A stretch of DNA of 64,000 bases. Origin: Candidatus Dojkabacteria bacterium. Its GTDB lineage: Bacteria > Patescibacteriota > Dojkabacteria > B142 > OLB20. Numbering within the stretch: position 1 is the stretch's first letter; the number at the start of each line of letters is the position of its first letter. The notes under the pieces were generated by a model. It made no database searches and had not been told where the DNA came from. It saw only the letters and a program-made list of their open reading frames with translations. The stretch covers positions 258,335-322,334 of the forward strand of contig DAOMOX010000001.1 in assembly GCA_035444565.1 (NCBI GenBank), given 5' to 3'. This document shows positions 46,816-56,545 of this stretch, one piece after another. The translations under genes were made by a program, and so were the position numbers.

Positions 46816-49107
46816 ATGTTGCGAACATCCCACCTTTTAGATAACCTTGTTATAGTCATGAATAAAATATCAAATAAAAACACCAGAGATTTCAAGAGAT
46901 TCATCTTCGGAGTAATCTCAGTCATCTTGATGATATTTTTCGTTCTAATTTTCCATTTTTCTACTAAATATCAACCAATTGATGTAGACGCAGCTAGGAA
47001 CACAATTACTGGGACATACTCTATTATTATTGAGGAAGATTTTAAGAGTTTTAAAAGTAAGGATATACCCGTGCTCGTCAAGGACGACAAATCAATAATA
47101 CAACTGGGTAATCTAAATAAACTACCGAAAGGGACTAAACCCGGGGATAAAATAAAAATTACAGGTGTATATAATAAAAAAGCCGTATTAAATATTAGGT
47201 CATCGACGCTTACAAGTGTTTCAAAATCGAGAACCAGTAATTTATCACAAATAAATGTGCGAATCTTACCCGTAAACCTCAGAAATAATAACACTAATGC
47301 TTTCACCAAAGAACAAATGCAAAATGTCCTAAACGGAAATAATAATCCTATAAGCGCAGATAGATTTATGCAGAAAGTTTCAAAAGGAAGATTCAAACTC
47401 GGCGAAGTCAAAGTCGAAGACTGGTACAAAATTGACACTAAAGATATTCCTACAAACGATGTCTGCACAGTCTACGATATCAATACCATCATCAATCACC
47501 TTGATGAACAATACAATGCAGACGTGTATAACAAAAACTATCAAAGTTTGATTTTTATAATTGATGCGGAATGCTATAGAGGTGGGCGTGCTGTGTCAAG
47601 ATTTGAAACTGGACAAGGATACATTTATTTGTCTACTGATGCATTTAAAGAAGGTGTCATTGCTCATGAAATGGGACACAATCTAGATATTCATCATGCG
47701 AACAGTTATGATTGCGGATTAGAGATGTATGGTCAATCCGCAAGTTGTAAAACCAAAGAATATGGTAGTCCATTCTCTGTAATGGGTCTCGATGTTTACG
47801 ATAATTTATTTAGAGAATTCAATGGTGCTGAAAGAATCCGGGCAGGATGGCTCAACAGTTCAGAAATTACGAAAGTTACCCAAAGCGGCAAATATACAAT
47901 CTACCCGTTAAGTGAGGTCACAACTCAGCCGAAAGTTTTGGAAATCATGAAAAGCGATATTCAAACCGACGAGAGATATTACATCGACTTCAGAACACCA
48001 ACCGCACCATTTGATTCTATTGATAGTGACCTTTATGATGGAGCGAATGTTACTGGGGTTGGAATACAAACAACATTTACCCAAACATACAATCCCGACA
48101 GCTTATTCTCGGGACACTTACGACACACACAAATCATAGACTTTACTCCAGGGTCATTTATAGGTTTTAATGAATACTATAAAGACTTTCTTGATGCTAG
48201 ACTCACAAAAGTGGGTAATGAATACTACGACAAAATTAATGGAATAAAAATTAAAGTGCTCTCAATTACCAATCAAAAGGTTGAGCTTCAAGTTGATTTT
48301 ACAAAGAGTGTCCCTACAAGCCAAAATCTCATCACCTTCCGTGCCAAGAGTTCGAGCCCATTAGTAAAAGCTCACCTTAGTCTAAGAGATGTCACGACTG
48401 GTAAATATATTAAAGTAAAAGATTTCAGTAAACTTGATACTTATTACGCTAACTATTCTCATACAGAGACTAGTGACATGTCAATCACTCCGAAAGATGT
48501 CAGAATCTCATATAGTGGATATGATCCTAATCATCCTGAAGATTCGGAATATCTGGATTTACTTTGGTTGGAGATAAACAATACCCGTTATAGCGCCACA
48601 AACGCAGAGGCATACTCAACTGGTGCTTGGAATAAGTTAAAGTTGGCATGTACTGCTGGATATCCTAATGTCTACCCTGCAGAATTCGCTACCCCAACCA
48701 GACTTTCATGTCCTGATAAATACTTCCAGTTCATTAAAAGTGAGAGCTTACCGGTAAAGCTAAAGAATATGGCTATTCGAGCAGACTGCGATTTGTCACG
48801 AGACCCAGAAATTGTAATCACTTGGGCTAGCGATAAAAATAGCGCAATGTATTTTGTTGACTATTGTGAGGGAACAACATGTTCACCAACAACATCCCTT
48901 GACGGTGTACCCGAAGATAGTGGTCAAGATGGTATAAGGCGATTCTATGCACATATCGATGATCCATTTGGTCTTACTCCCCCACCCATAGCAGGGAAAA
49001 CATACAAATACAGAGTCGAAGGTGCAAAACTTTCGAATGGGGAGTACTTGGTAGGTCCGTGGTCTGACACCTTAAGTGTCACTGTTCCCCAAAACATTTG
49101 TAACTAA
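46816..49107 (+). CDS. Membrane-anchored or secreted zinc metalloprotease (HEXXH; metzincin-like HEMGHNLDIHH)
   Basis: 763 aa. N-terminal hydrophobic anchor 'FIFGVISVILMIFFVLIF'. 'IAHEMGHNLDIHHAN' = HExxHxxDxxH zinc site. Large beta-rich C-terminal region. Confidence 0.6.
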   Translation: MLRTSHLLDNLVIVMNKISNKNTRDFKRFIFGVISVILMIFFVLIFHFSTKYQPIDVDAARNTITGTYSIIIEEDFKSFKSKDIPVLVKDDKSIIQLGNLNKLPKGTKPGDKIKITGVYNKKAVLNIRSSTLTSVSKSRTSNLSQINVRILPVNLRNNNTNAFTKEQMQNVLNGNNNPISADRFMQKVSKGRFKLGEVKVEDWYKIDTKDIPTNDVCTVYDINTIINHLDEQYNADVYNKNYQSLIFIIDAECYRGGRAVSRFETGQGYIYLSTDAFKEGVIAHEMGHNLDIHHANSYDCGLEMYGQSASCKTKEYGSPFSVMGLDVYDNLFREFNGAERIRAGWLNSSEITKVTQSGKYTIYPLSEVTTQPKVLEIMKSDIQTDERYYIDFRTPTAPFDSIDSDLYDGANVTGVGIQTTFTQTYNPDSLFSGHLRHTQIIDFTPGSFIGFNEYYKDFLDARLTKVGNEYYDKINGIKIKVLSITNQKVELQVDFTKSVPTSQNLITFRAKSSSPLVKAHLSLRDVTTGKYIKVKDFSKLDTYYANYSHTETSDMSITPKDVRISYSGYDPNHPEDSEYLDLLWLEINNTRYSATNAEAYSTGAWNKLKLACTAGYPNVYPAEFATPTRLSCPDKYFQFIKSESLPVKLKNMAIRADCDLSRDPEIVITWASDKNSAMYFVDYCEGTTCSPTTSLDGVPEDSGQDGIRRFYAHIDDPFGLTPPPIAGKTYKYRVEGAKLSNGEYLVGPWSDTLSVTVPQNICN

Positions 49108-49256
49108 TGTCAGAGGTCGGTGTAGACTAATCCTGTATTCCTAATGGTCTGGATAAATGCTTCTATAGTCGTCATTGCATTTCTGTTTAAATAGAATAAT
49201 TGATCGAGAATAAACATCTAATTATCTTGTATAATATATCTAGTTAAATATCATTT

Positions 49257-49433
49257 TTGAAAAAATTCATTAAACAAAATTGGCTCATTATTTTGTCAGT
49301 TTTATACATTGTATTTCCTTTAGATTTTATTCCCGATTTCACACCATGGATAGGTTTCAGTGATGACATCACAGTTGTGGCTGCTAATATGTTGGTAACC
49401 TGGCTGAAAAAGAAATCCTCAAAACCGTTGTAA
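49257..49433 (+). CDS. Possible small DUF1232/YkvA-like membrane protein (no ATG; TTG start assumed) or gene remnant
   Basis: Frame-3 translation '...ILSVLYIVFPLDFIPDFTPWIGFSDDITVVAANMLVTWLKKKSSKPL*' carries the DUF1232 signature (DxIPDxxPxIGxxDDxxV). The frame has no in-frame ATG after the upstream stop at 49245-49247. A TATAAT box sits at 49230-49235. Confidence 0.3.
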   Translation: MKKFIKQNWLIILSVLYIVFPLDFIPDFTPWIGFSDDITVVAANMLVTWLKKKSSKPL

Positions 49434-49474
49434 ATGACCCTAGGATGTTATAATTCACTAGTTATAACTTACTA

Positions 49475-50224
49475 ATGTTTGTCGACAACCTAGATGATTA
49501 TGAAGAGCCGCATCAGCCCCTAAATCCAATCGAGACAGGAGAATTTGGGATAGTTTCTGATAGATTATTTACTTTTATTACACAGAAGCCTAGAGGTAGA
49601 CCTGAAAAAATTAGCTATTCATTAAATGAGGATGGGGAAAGACAAGTCTGTTATGTTCTTTCTCATCTAGATATTTCAGACCTATTCATCTTTCCTAAAT
49701 TAACAATTACCCAAAAAGCCATACTTGGTAATGGTAATTCTCTACTTATGTCCAATGCTGAAATTCTTGTGATGAGCCCTGATGAGTATCAGTTTGGAAC
49801 ACTTAACAATAATTCTGACGGAAACTCTAATTATTTATCCACGTTTTGGATTGAAGACCAAGTGGGGTTTCATCCAGTATCAATGTCGACCGAATTCTCA
49901 CTTGAGGGACAGAATTACCGACTAAATTTTAATAACCAAGGAAACCTTTTACAGATTATATCTGATTCTGTAGCAATGCCTAATTACAGAAATCAATCTA
50001 GATTTTCAAAACCACGCACAATGATTTATACCGATCAGAATGATTTACGACTCATAGCTAGAAACCTTTCAGCCTTATTAAGGGAGAGTGGAATACCCTC
50101 AAATTATGAGCACTTTTCATTGAAACGCGTTGACATAGCATTTACGAATCTTCTCGCATCCATTGGGACCGGATATAATTTCACTTCCGATGGAGATATA
50201 ATTCCCGTATTAAGATATCGTTAG
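49475..50224 (+). CDS. Hypothetical protein
   Basis: 249-aa ORF, N/S-rich, no recognised motif. Confidence 0.4.
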   Translation: MFVDNLDDYEEPHQPLNPIETGEFGIVSDRLFTFITQKPRGRPEKISYSLNEDGERQVCYVLSHLDISDLFIFPKLTITQKAILGNGNSLLMSNAEILVMSPDEYQFGTLNNNSDGNSNYLSTFWIEDQVGFHPVSMSTEFSLEGQNYRLNFNNQGNLLQIISDSVAMPNYRNQSRFSKPRTMIYTDQNDLRLIARNLSALLRESGIPSNYEHFSLKRVDIAFTNLLASIGTGYNFTSDGDIIPVLRYR

Positions 50225-50296
50225 TAAATTCTCTTTCCACCTACAAATTCTCAAGATTAAAATGCTATAATCAAAAACTGATTATATAGACCAGTT

Positions 50297-53200
50297 ATGT
50301 TCAAACCCGTCAATCCAAAGCAAAATTTCCCTGAACTAGAGGGAGAAATTACAAAATTTTGGAAAGAAAATAAAATTTTTGAAAAATCTGTTGAAAATAG
50401 AAGTGCAAAGAACAGTTATATTTTCTATGACGGGCCTCCATTTATCACAGGTACTCCTCATTACGGTTCTCTACTTCCAAGTATAGCGAAAGACGTAATC
50501 CCTAGATATCAAACCATGCGAGGTAAAAGAGTCGAAAGAGTTTGGGGTTGGGATTGTCATGGATTACCAATTGAAAATAAAGTTGAGAAAAAACTAGGTA
50601 TTAAAAACAGACGTGAAATTGAAAAATATGGAATCGACAGGTTTATTGACGAATGTTACAACTACACCCGCGAAACTTCTGCAGAATGGAAATGGTACAT
50701 AGATAAAATCGGAAGATGGGTCGATATGGATAATGCATACAGGACCATGGACCAAGACTACATGGAAACTGTTATGTGGGTGTTCAAACAACTCCATGAA
50801 AAGGATTTGATTTACAAAGGAATGCGCACCTCACTTTATTGTACTCGCTGTGGAACACCTGTATCGAACTTTGAAATCGCTATGGATAACTCCTATGCAG
50901 ACATGGAAGATCCTGCGGTCACCATAAAGTTCCCAGTAACTACTCCCGGTGAATTCTCAGACAGCTCAATATTAGCTTGGACTACTACTCCATGGACACT
51001 CCCATCAAACAAAGCATTGGTGATTGATCCTGAGGAAACGTACATAAAAGCAAAAGTACAAAAACTCACTATTGAACTCGAACAAAGCTGGCAAGTGAAG
51101 GAATTACCAGAGAATCTAAAGAAATTAAAAAGGTCCGAAATCACACAGGCATACCTGGAAGACTATATTGATGAAAATGGGATAAAACCAAGAGACGCTC
51201 GTATTAGAAGGATTGATAGTAAATTTGAATTCACAACGAAATATTATGCTGGGAAATCTACCGAAACTGGACAATTAATTGAAAAAACCAAAGAAATCAC
51301 AAAAGAAGAATATATAGAGCTTATAAAACAAACAAAAGCAAAAGTAGTCAAAACCAGATACTACTACCCCCTTGAAGACGGATTAACAGCGGAGATTGAT
51401 GTGTATAGAAACCAACATGAAGGTGTAAATTTCGTAGAGGTGGAATTCAGTTCACTTAAGAAATTACAGAACTTCAAAAAGCCAGAATGGTTTGGAAAAG
51501 AAGTCACGGATTGTGACGCATGTTTCCCTAAATACATGGCAGATAAAAGCAGTGAACGAATCCTATCAGAAATAGATACTTACGTTCAGGCAGAACATAA
51601 TTACGAAGAAAATGTTCAAACTGATAACGTAATCCTCGCAAAAAAACGAGCAGAATACGCATTAGAGAACATTGATTATGAAATCGTAGAAGAATTTGAA
51701 GGAAAAAAATTATTAGGTTTGAAATACCGACCTCCTTTTGATTATTACAAAACCGAAAAAGGCGAACATCAAGTTTATGGTTTCCCTGGAATGGTTCACA
51801 TGGAAGAAGGAACAGGAATCGTTCATAGTGCCCCTGGATTTGGAGATATTGATACAGAGATGGGCCAGGAATATGGATTATCTATTGCGATGACCATTAA
51901 CGATGAAGGTAAATACTTACCACAAGTGAAAGACTTTGTAGGTTTGTATGTCAAAGATGCCGATCAACCAATTATTGAAAACCTCAAATCGAGAGACATA
52001 TTATTTAAAGTTGAGAAAATTGTTCACAGATACCCCTACTGCTGGCGTTGCGAAACTCCGCTAATTCACAAAGCCCAACCATCTTGGTTCATTGATATTG
52101 AAAAAATTCGCAAAGATTTATTGAAAAATAATGAAGACATCAACTGGGTACCAAAGCATCTAAAACATGGAAGATTTAAGAAGGGAATCGAAGTTGCACC
52201 TGACTGGGGAATTTCTAGAACTAGATATTGGGCAACACCAATGCCAGTCTGGCAAAGAGAAGAAGAAGGTCAAATCTTAGAAACAAAAGTTATCGGGAGT
52301 AGAGATGAACTTCGTGAACATGCAAACCAACCAATCACAAAAATCACATTCGTAAGACATGGTAATAAATCTCAAGATGATAGTCTAGACCCGGGAATGA
52401 CCGACTTGGGACATCAACAAGCAAAAGAACTAGCAAAAAAACTTTCGAAAGAGAAATTTGATGTAATAATCTCATCCCCAAAAAAAAGAACGCTTCAAAC
52501 AGCAGAATATATCAAAGAAGCTTTGGGTCAAGAATTCATAGAAGACAATTTATTTACTTCTCTCACAGATGGCGACGGTAGAGAGTTTTACAGACAAATA
52601 AAAAAACAACACAATGTCGAATATCTTCACGAACTTCCAGAAAGCATTTTGAGAGAGAAAATATTCCCTGTACTCACTCCATTAAAAGAAAACTTTGAGC
52701 AATTGTTGAAAAAATTCGAAGGTAAAAACATATTAATAATTTCGCATTCAGGGAAAATCAAATTCTTGGAACACATTATCGAAGGTTCAAACCTTAGAGC
52801 AGTTTTGACTTCAAAAATTAAAGAAGCCGGAACATACACGGCATATTTTCATGGAACCGATTTATTAGATTTACACAGACCCAAAATAGACCAAATTACG
52901 CTGAAGGGTAAAACTGGAGAATTGACGAGGGTGAAAGAGGTTCTAGACGTATGGATGGATAGTGCCTCTATGCCTTATGCTTCAAAGCACTACCCTTTCG
53001 AGAACAAACAAATGCTAGAAGAAAATTATCCAGCTGATTTTATTGTTGAATATATTGCACAAACTAGGGCATGGTTCTATGTGATGCATGTGATTTCAAC
53101 AGCATTATTGAATCAACCCTCGTTTAAAAATGTCATAACTACAGGGGTGATTTTTGGAACTGACGGTAGAAAAATGAGCAAAAGCTATGGAAATTATCCC

Positions 53201-54307
53201 GATCCTCGAGACGTACTTGAAAATTATGGTGCAGAAACATTAAGAATGTATTTGATGGGTTCCAAGATTATGCTTGGAGAGGATATGAATTTTGACGAGG
53301 ATGCACTTAAAGAGCAATACAAAACTTTCCTTCTACCACTTTGGAATAGCTATTCATTCTTTGTCACATACGCAAACATCCATAACTGGGAACCTAGTGG
53401 GAAGTTAGATTCAAAAGATCAACTTGATAAATGGATAGTCGCAAAACTTGATGAGACTAAGAGTCACTTCATCAAAGCCATGGATTCCTATAATATCCCC
53501 TCAGCAGTAAAATTACTTCCAGAGTTTATCGACATATTATCAAGATGGTATATCAGAAGATCACGCAGTAGGTTTGCGCAAGGATCGGAAGATGCTTTAA
53601 GTACGTTACACTACATCTTGGTTGAATTTACAAAGTTGTCCGCATCAGTAGTTCCATTTGTTTCAGAAGAGATATTCCAAAATCTACAAAATGACAATCA
53701 ATTTGAATCTGTGCATTTATCTGATCTTGAAAAACCAAAGAAATCAACTTTAGAAAACAATGCTTCGTTATTACAAAAGATGGAATTAGTTAGAGAGATT
53801 TCGACACTAGGTCAATCATTGCGGGTACAAAACAATCTCAAAGTTAGACAACCATTACAGAGTGTTGAGATTTATTTACAGGATAAAAATCTTGCAACTG
53901 AGGGAGATATGGGTTGGATGAATGAAATCGTAAAAGACGAACTCAATGTGAAGCAAGTTAAGTTCGTAAACAAAAAGCCTGAAAATGAACTTCTCGTCAG
54001 CTCGGGTCTAAATGACACCCTATTCGTCGGATTGGACTCTAAACTAACACCCGAATTGGAGGCAGAGGGAATTCTTCGTGAGCTTACAAGACAGATTCAG
54101 AGCCAAAGGAAAAAGTTAGGATTGAATATGGGTGACAAAATTGATTTAACAATTCAAACTGATGACAAGAAACTTGATGGAATAATCAAAAAGAATCAAA
54201 AAGGATTTGCTGAATCAGTAAATGCTACAAACATCCATTTCACTACAGCGAATCTGGAACACAAATTATCTATCAACGGTTCAGAACTAACCCTATCTCT
54301 TAGTTAG
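50297..54307 (+). CDS. ileS: Isoleucyl-tRNA synthetase (eukaryote/archaeal-like type) carrying two inserted domains: a CYTH/triphosphate-tunnel-like domain in the editing (CP1) region and a histidine-phosphatase (PGAM/SixA-like, RHG) domain before the KMSKS half
   Basis: 1336 aa. Class-I motifs 'PPFITGTPHYGS' (HIGH variant) and 'KMSKSYGN'. Editing-domain motifs 'TTTPWTLPSNKALVIDPEE' and 'EEGTGIVHSAPGFG'. Anticodon-binding region intact. The insert at aa ~255-447 (nt ~51059-51637) shows 'IELEQSWQVKELPENL...EITQAYLED..ARIRRI..TTKYY..KVVKTRYYYPLEDGLTAEIDVYRNQHEGVNFVEVEF'. The insert at aa ~678-855 (nt ~52328-52861) shows 'ITFVRHGNKSQDDSLDPGMTDLGHQQAKELA..FDVIISSPKKRTLQTAEYI..ILIISHSGKIKFL'. Confidence 0.9.
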   Translation: MFKPVNPKQNFPELEGEITKFWKENKIFEKSVENRSAKNSYIFYDGPPFITGTPHYGSLLPSIAKDVIPRYQTMRGKRVERVWGWDCHGLPIENKVEKKLGIKNRREIEKYGIDRFIDECYNYTRETSAEWKWYIDKIGRWVDMDNAYRTMDQDYMETVMWVFKQLHEKDLIYKGMRTSLYCTRCGTPVSNFEIAMDNSYADMEDPAVTIKFPVTTPGEFSDSSILAWTTTPWTLPSNKALVIDPEETYIKAKVQKLTIELEQSWQVKELPENLKKLKRSEITQAYLEDYIDENGIKPRDARIRRIDSKFEFTTKYYAGKSTETGQLIEKTKEITKEEYIELIKQTKAKVVKTRYYYPLEDGLTAEIDVYRNQHEGVNFVEVEFSSLKKLQNFKKPEWFGKEVTDCDACFPKYMADKSSERILSEIDTYVQAEHNYEENVQTDNVILAKKRAEYALENIDYEIVEEFEGKKLLGLKYRPPFDYYKTEKGEHQVYGFPGMVHMEEGTGIVHSAPGFGDIDTEMGQEYGLSIAMTINDEGKYLPQVKDFVGLYVKDADQPIIENLKSRDILFKVEKIVHRYPYCWRCETPLIHKAQPSWFIDIEKIRKDLLKNNEDINWVPKHLKHGRFKKGIEVAPDWGISRTRYWATPMPVWQREEEGQILETKVIGSRDELREHANQPITKITFVRHGNKSQDDSLDPGMTDLGHQQAKELAKKLSKEKFDVIISSPKKRTLQTAEYIKEALGQEFIEDNLFTSLTDGDGREFYRQIKKQHNVEYLHELPESILREKIFPVLTPLKENFEQLLKKFEGKNILIISHSGKIKFLEHIIEGSNLRAVLTSKIKEAGTYTAYFHGTDLLDLHRPKIDQITLKGKTGELTRVKEVLDVWMDSASMPYASKHYPFENKQMLEENYPADFIVEYIAQTRAWFYVMHVISTALLNQPSFKNVITTGVIFGTDGRKMSKSYGNYPDPRDVLENYGAETLRMYLMGSKIMLGEDMNFDEDALKEQYKTFLLPLWNSYSFFVTYANIHNWEPSGKLDSKDQLDKWIVAKLDETKSHFIKAMDSYNIPSAVKLLPEFIDILSRWYIRRSRSRFAQGSEDALSTLHYILVEFTKLSASVVPFVSEEIFQNLQNDNQFESVHLSDLEKPKKSTLENNASLLQKMELVREISTLGQSLRVQNNLKVRQPLQSVEIYLQDKNLATEGDMGWMNEIVKDELNVKQVKFVNKKPENELLVSSGLNDTLFVGLDSKLTPELEAEGILRELTRQIQSQRKKLGLNMGDKIDLTIQTDDKKLDGIIKKNQKGFAESVNATNIHFTTANLEHKLSINGSELTLSLS

Positions 54308-54374
54308 CACTTTCTTGCTTTACCAATCAAGTTAAGAGTTCTATACTATATTTGCTTAACTAGTTTAATTAGAC

Positions 54375-55010
54375 ATGTTTAATTTAGAAAAAAATCCGTT
54401 CCTCCACGATTTAAAGGTTAAAACCAAAGGTAGTGTAATAATCGACATATTACAAACTGTAGTTTTAGCTCTTGCATTTAGTCTTTTCATTTATCTAGTA
54501 TTTCTCATCCCGAGCCAAGTTGAAGGTCCATCTATGGAACCAAATTTCTACAACAGAGAACTACTTTTCGCTGATAGAACTGTACAGTGGATTGGATCCA
54601 CATCTTTGGGAGCAGGAGTCTATGATTACCACAAAGGAGATGTTGTAATTTTTGATTTTAACGGAATCAACCTAATCAAAAGAGTCGTAGCAACAGAAGG
54701 AGACAAAATCAGACTAACAGGAGGAAGAGTTTATGTTAACGAAAAATTATTAAATGAGCCATATTTGCCGAGTGGCAGAATGAGCAATGTGCCTGATCCT
54801 TCCAGAGCCACAATATTAGAAGACCAGGTAGAAATTGTCCCAGAAGACTCATATTTCCTAATGGGCGATAATCGAGAAGTGAGCAAGGACTCTCGATATA
54901 GTGATGTTGGTTTTGTAGAGAGGCGCCAACTCAAAGGAAGGGTATTTTTACGATACTGGCCTGTAGACAAATTAGGCACTATTCGTCCGGGTCAACCATC
55001 TCAAGATTAA
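54375..55010 (+). CDS. lepB: Signal peptidase I
   Basis: 211 aa. N-terminal TM, 'EGPSMEPNF' (catalytic Ser box), 'LIKRVVATEGDKI', 'GDNREVSKDSRY' (Lys box). Confidence 0.8.
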   Translation: MFNLEKNPFLHDLKVKTKGSVIIDILQTVVLALAFSLFIYLVFLIPSQVEGPSMEPNFYNRELLFADRTVQWIGSTSLGAGVYDYHKGDVVIFDFNGINLIKRVVATEGDKIRLTGGRVYVNEKLLNEPYLPSGRMSNVPDPSRATILEDQVEIVPEDSYFLMGDNREVSKDSRYSDVGFVERRQLKGRVFLRYWPVDKLGTIRPGQPSQD

Positions 55011-55013
55011 ACC

Positions 55014-55619
55014 TTGGAAAATTTCCTTAACCACAAAAAAACAAAAAATATTCTTGATTTCCTAGAAACGCTCACAATCGCTTTGGCTTTTTGTGCATTC
55101 ATCTATCTGACTATCGCTTTTCCAAATAAAGTAGAAGGACAATCAATGGAGCCGACTTTTCATCATAGCGACTTAGTTATAACAAACAAGACTGTTCAGT
55201 ATCTTGGCAATACAGATTTCGGACAAAGCAGGAACTATGATTACCAAAGAGGTGATGTTGTAATAGTAAAACAAGGTAATACTGATTTGATCAAAAGAGT
55301 TGTCGCTCTTGAAGGGGAAGAAGTTGAGATTAAAAATAATAATGTGTATATAAATGGTACGGAATTGGAAGAAGAATATTTACCAACCACCGTCAGAACA
55401 AAACTCCCCTCTTACGAACTCAGTCTTTTCCGTAATGATTCCTCAATAACTGTTCCTGCAAATTCATATTTTGTAATGGGAGACAATCGCGAACATAGTA
55501 AAGACTCACGTTTTAAGGAAATCGGTTTCATTTCGAGATCAAATATCAAAGGACGCGTAATTTTCCGTTACTGGCCTCTCGCAGACTTAGGAATTATACA
55601 TAGAGGAGAATATAAATAA
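55014..55619 (+). CDS. lepB: Signal peptidase I (tandem paralog)
   Basis: 201 aa. 'EGQSMEPTF', 'LIKRVVALEGEEV', 'GDNREHSKDSRF'. Confidence 0.8.
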   Translation: MENFLNHKKTKNILDFLETLTIALAFCAFIYLTIAFPNKVEGQSMEPTFHHSDLVITNKTVQYLGNTDFGQSRNYDYQRGDVVIVKQGNTDLIKRVVALEGEEVEIKNNNVYINGTELEEEYLPTTVRTKLPSYELSLFRNDSSITVPANSYFVMGDNREHSKDSRFKEIGFISRSNIKGRVIFRYWPLADLGIIHRGEYK

Positions 55620-55703
55620 TTTCCAAGTTCAAGATTCCCCTTTTCAATTCACTTCTAGCTTTACGCTTCTTGTTTTAACGTTTAACTTTATTGTGGTATA
55701 TTT

Positions 55704-56507
55704 ATGAATATCAATTTCTCACATATGGTTATCGCTATTGCCAATCAAAAAGGCGGTGTTGGCAAAACTACAACTGCAATCAACTTAGCTGTTTACCTAG
55801 GAAAACTTGGTAAAAAAGTCTTGCTTGTGGACTTAGACCCTCAATCAAACCTTACATCCGGTATCGGATTTGTTTCAAACGAAGATTCTGTGAATCCCAT
55901 TTATCAAGGTTTATCGAAGTCTGTCTATGATATCCTTTCAAATAAAGCTAACATTCGTGAAGTCTTTGTATTAACAAAATATGAAAATGTTCACTTAATA
56001 CCAGCTAGTATCGATTTAGCTGGCGCAGAAATCGAGCTAGTTAATGCTATTTCCAGAGAAACTATTTTAAAAAATGCTTTAGATGAGATTAAAAAAGACT
56101 ATGATTACATATTCATTGACTGTCCCCCATCACTTGGATTATTAACTGTAAACGCACTAGTCGCTTCAACCAAAGTATTCATACCAGTGCAATGTGAATA
56201 TTTCGCACTTGAAGGATTAGGGCAATTGATAAACACCATTAACTTGATTAAAAAAAGACTCAACTCGTCACTTGAAATTGGCGGAGTGATAATGACAATG
56301 TATGACACACGTACAAATTTATCGAAACAAGTTGCAACTGAATTAAATAAATTTTTCCAAGACAAACTTTTCAAATCAATCGTACCTCGCAATGTAAGAC
56401 TATCTGAAGCTCCATCTTTTGGGAAAGCTATTATCGAATATGACCCGAAATCTATGGGAGCAATGGCATACGAAGATCTGGCAAAAGAAATTGTTGAAAG
56501 ATTCTAG
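55704..56507 (+). CDS. parA: Chromosome-partitioning ATPase ParA/Soj
   Basis: 267 aa. Deviant Walker A '[18 protein letters not shown]', 'IDCPPSLG'. Confidence 0.85.
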   Translation: MNINFSHMVIAIANQKGGVGKTTTAINLAVYLGKLGKKVLLVDLDPQSNLTSGIGFVSNEDSVNPIYQGLSKSVYDILSNKANIREVFVLTKYENVHLIPASIDLAGAEIELVNAISRETILKNALDEIKKDYDYIFIDCPPSLGLLTVNALVASTKVFIPVQCEYFALEGLGQLINTINLIKKRLNSSLEIGGVIMTMYDTRTNLSKQVATELNKFFQDKLFKSIVPRNVRLSEAPSFGKAIIEYDPKSMGAMAYEDLAKEIVERF

Positions 56508-56545
56508 TAACTTGAAAATCAACTTTACATCTTAATATTTAAAAT

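Noticed and set aside
51059-52861. Inteins as the explanation for the extra length of IleRS
   Set aside because: The inserted blocks do not begin with Cys/Ser/Thr nucleophile contexts, lack the terminal His-Asn plus Ser/Thr/Cys splice junction, and lack homing-endonuclease LAGLIDADG/HNH blocks. They instead carry CYTH-like and RHG histidine-phosphatase signatures.
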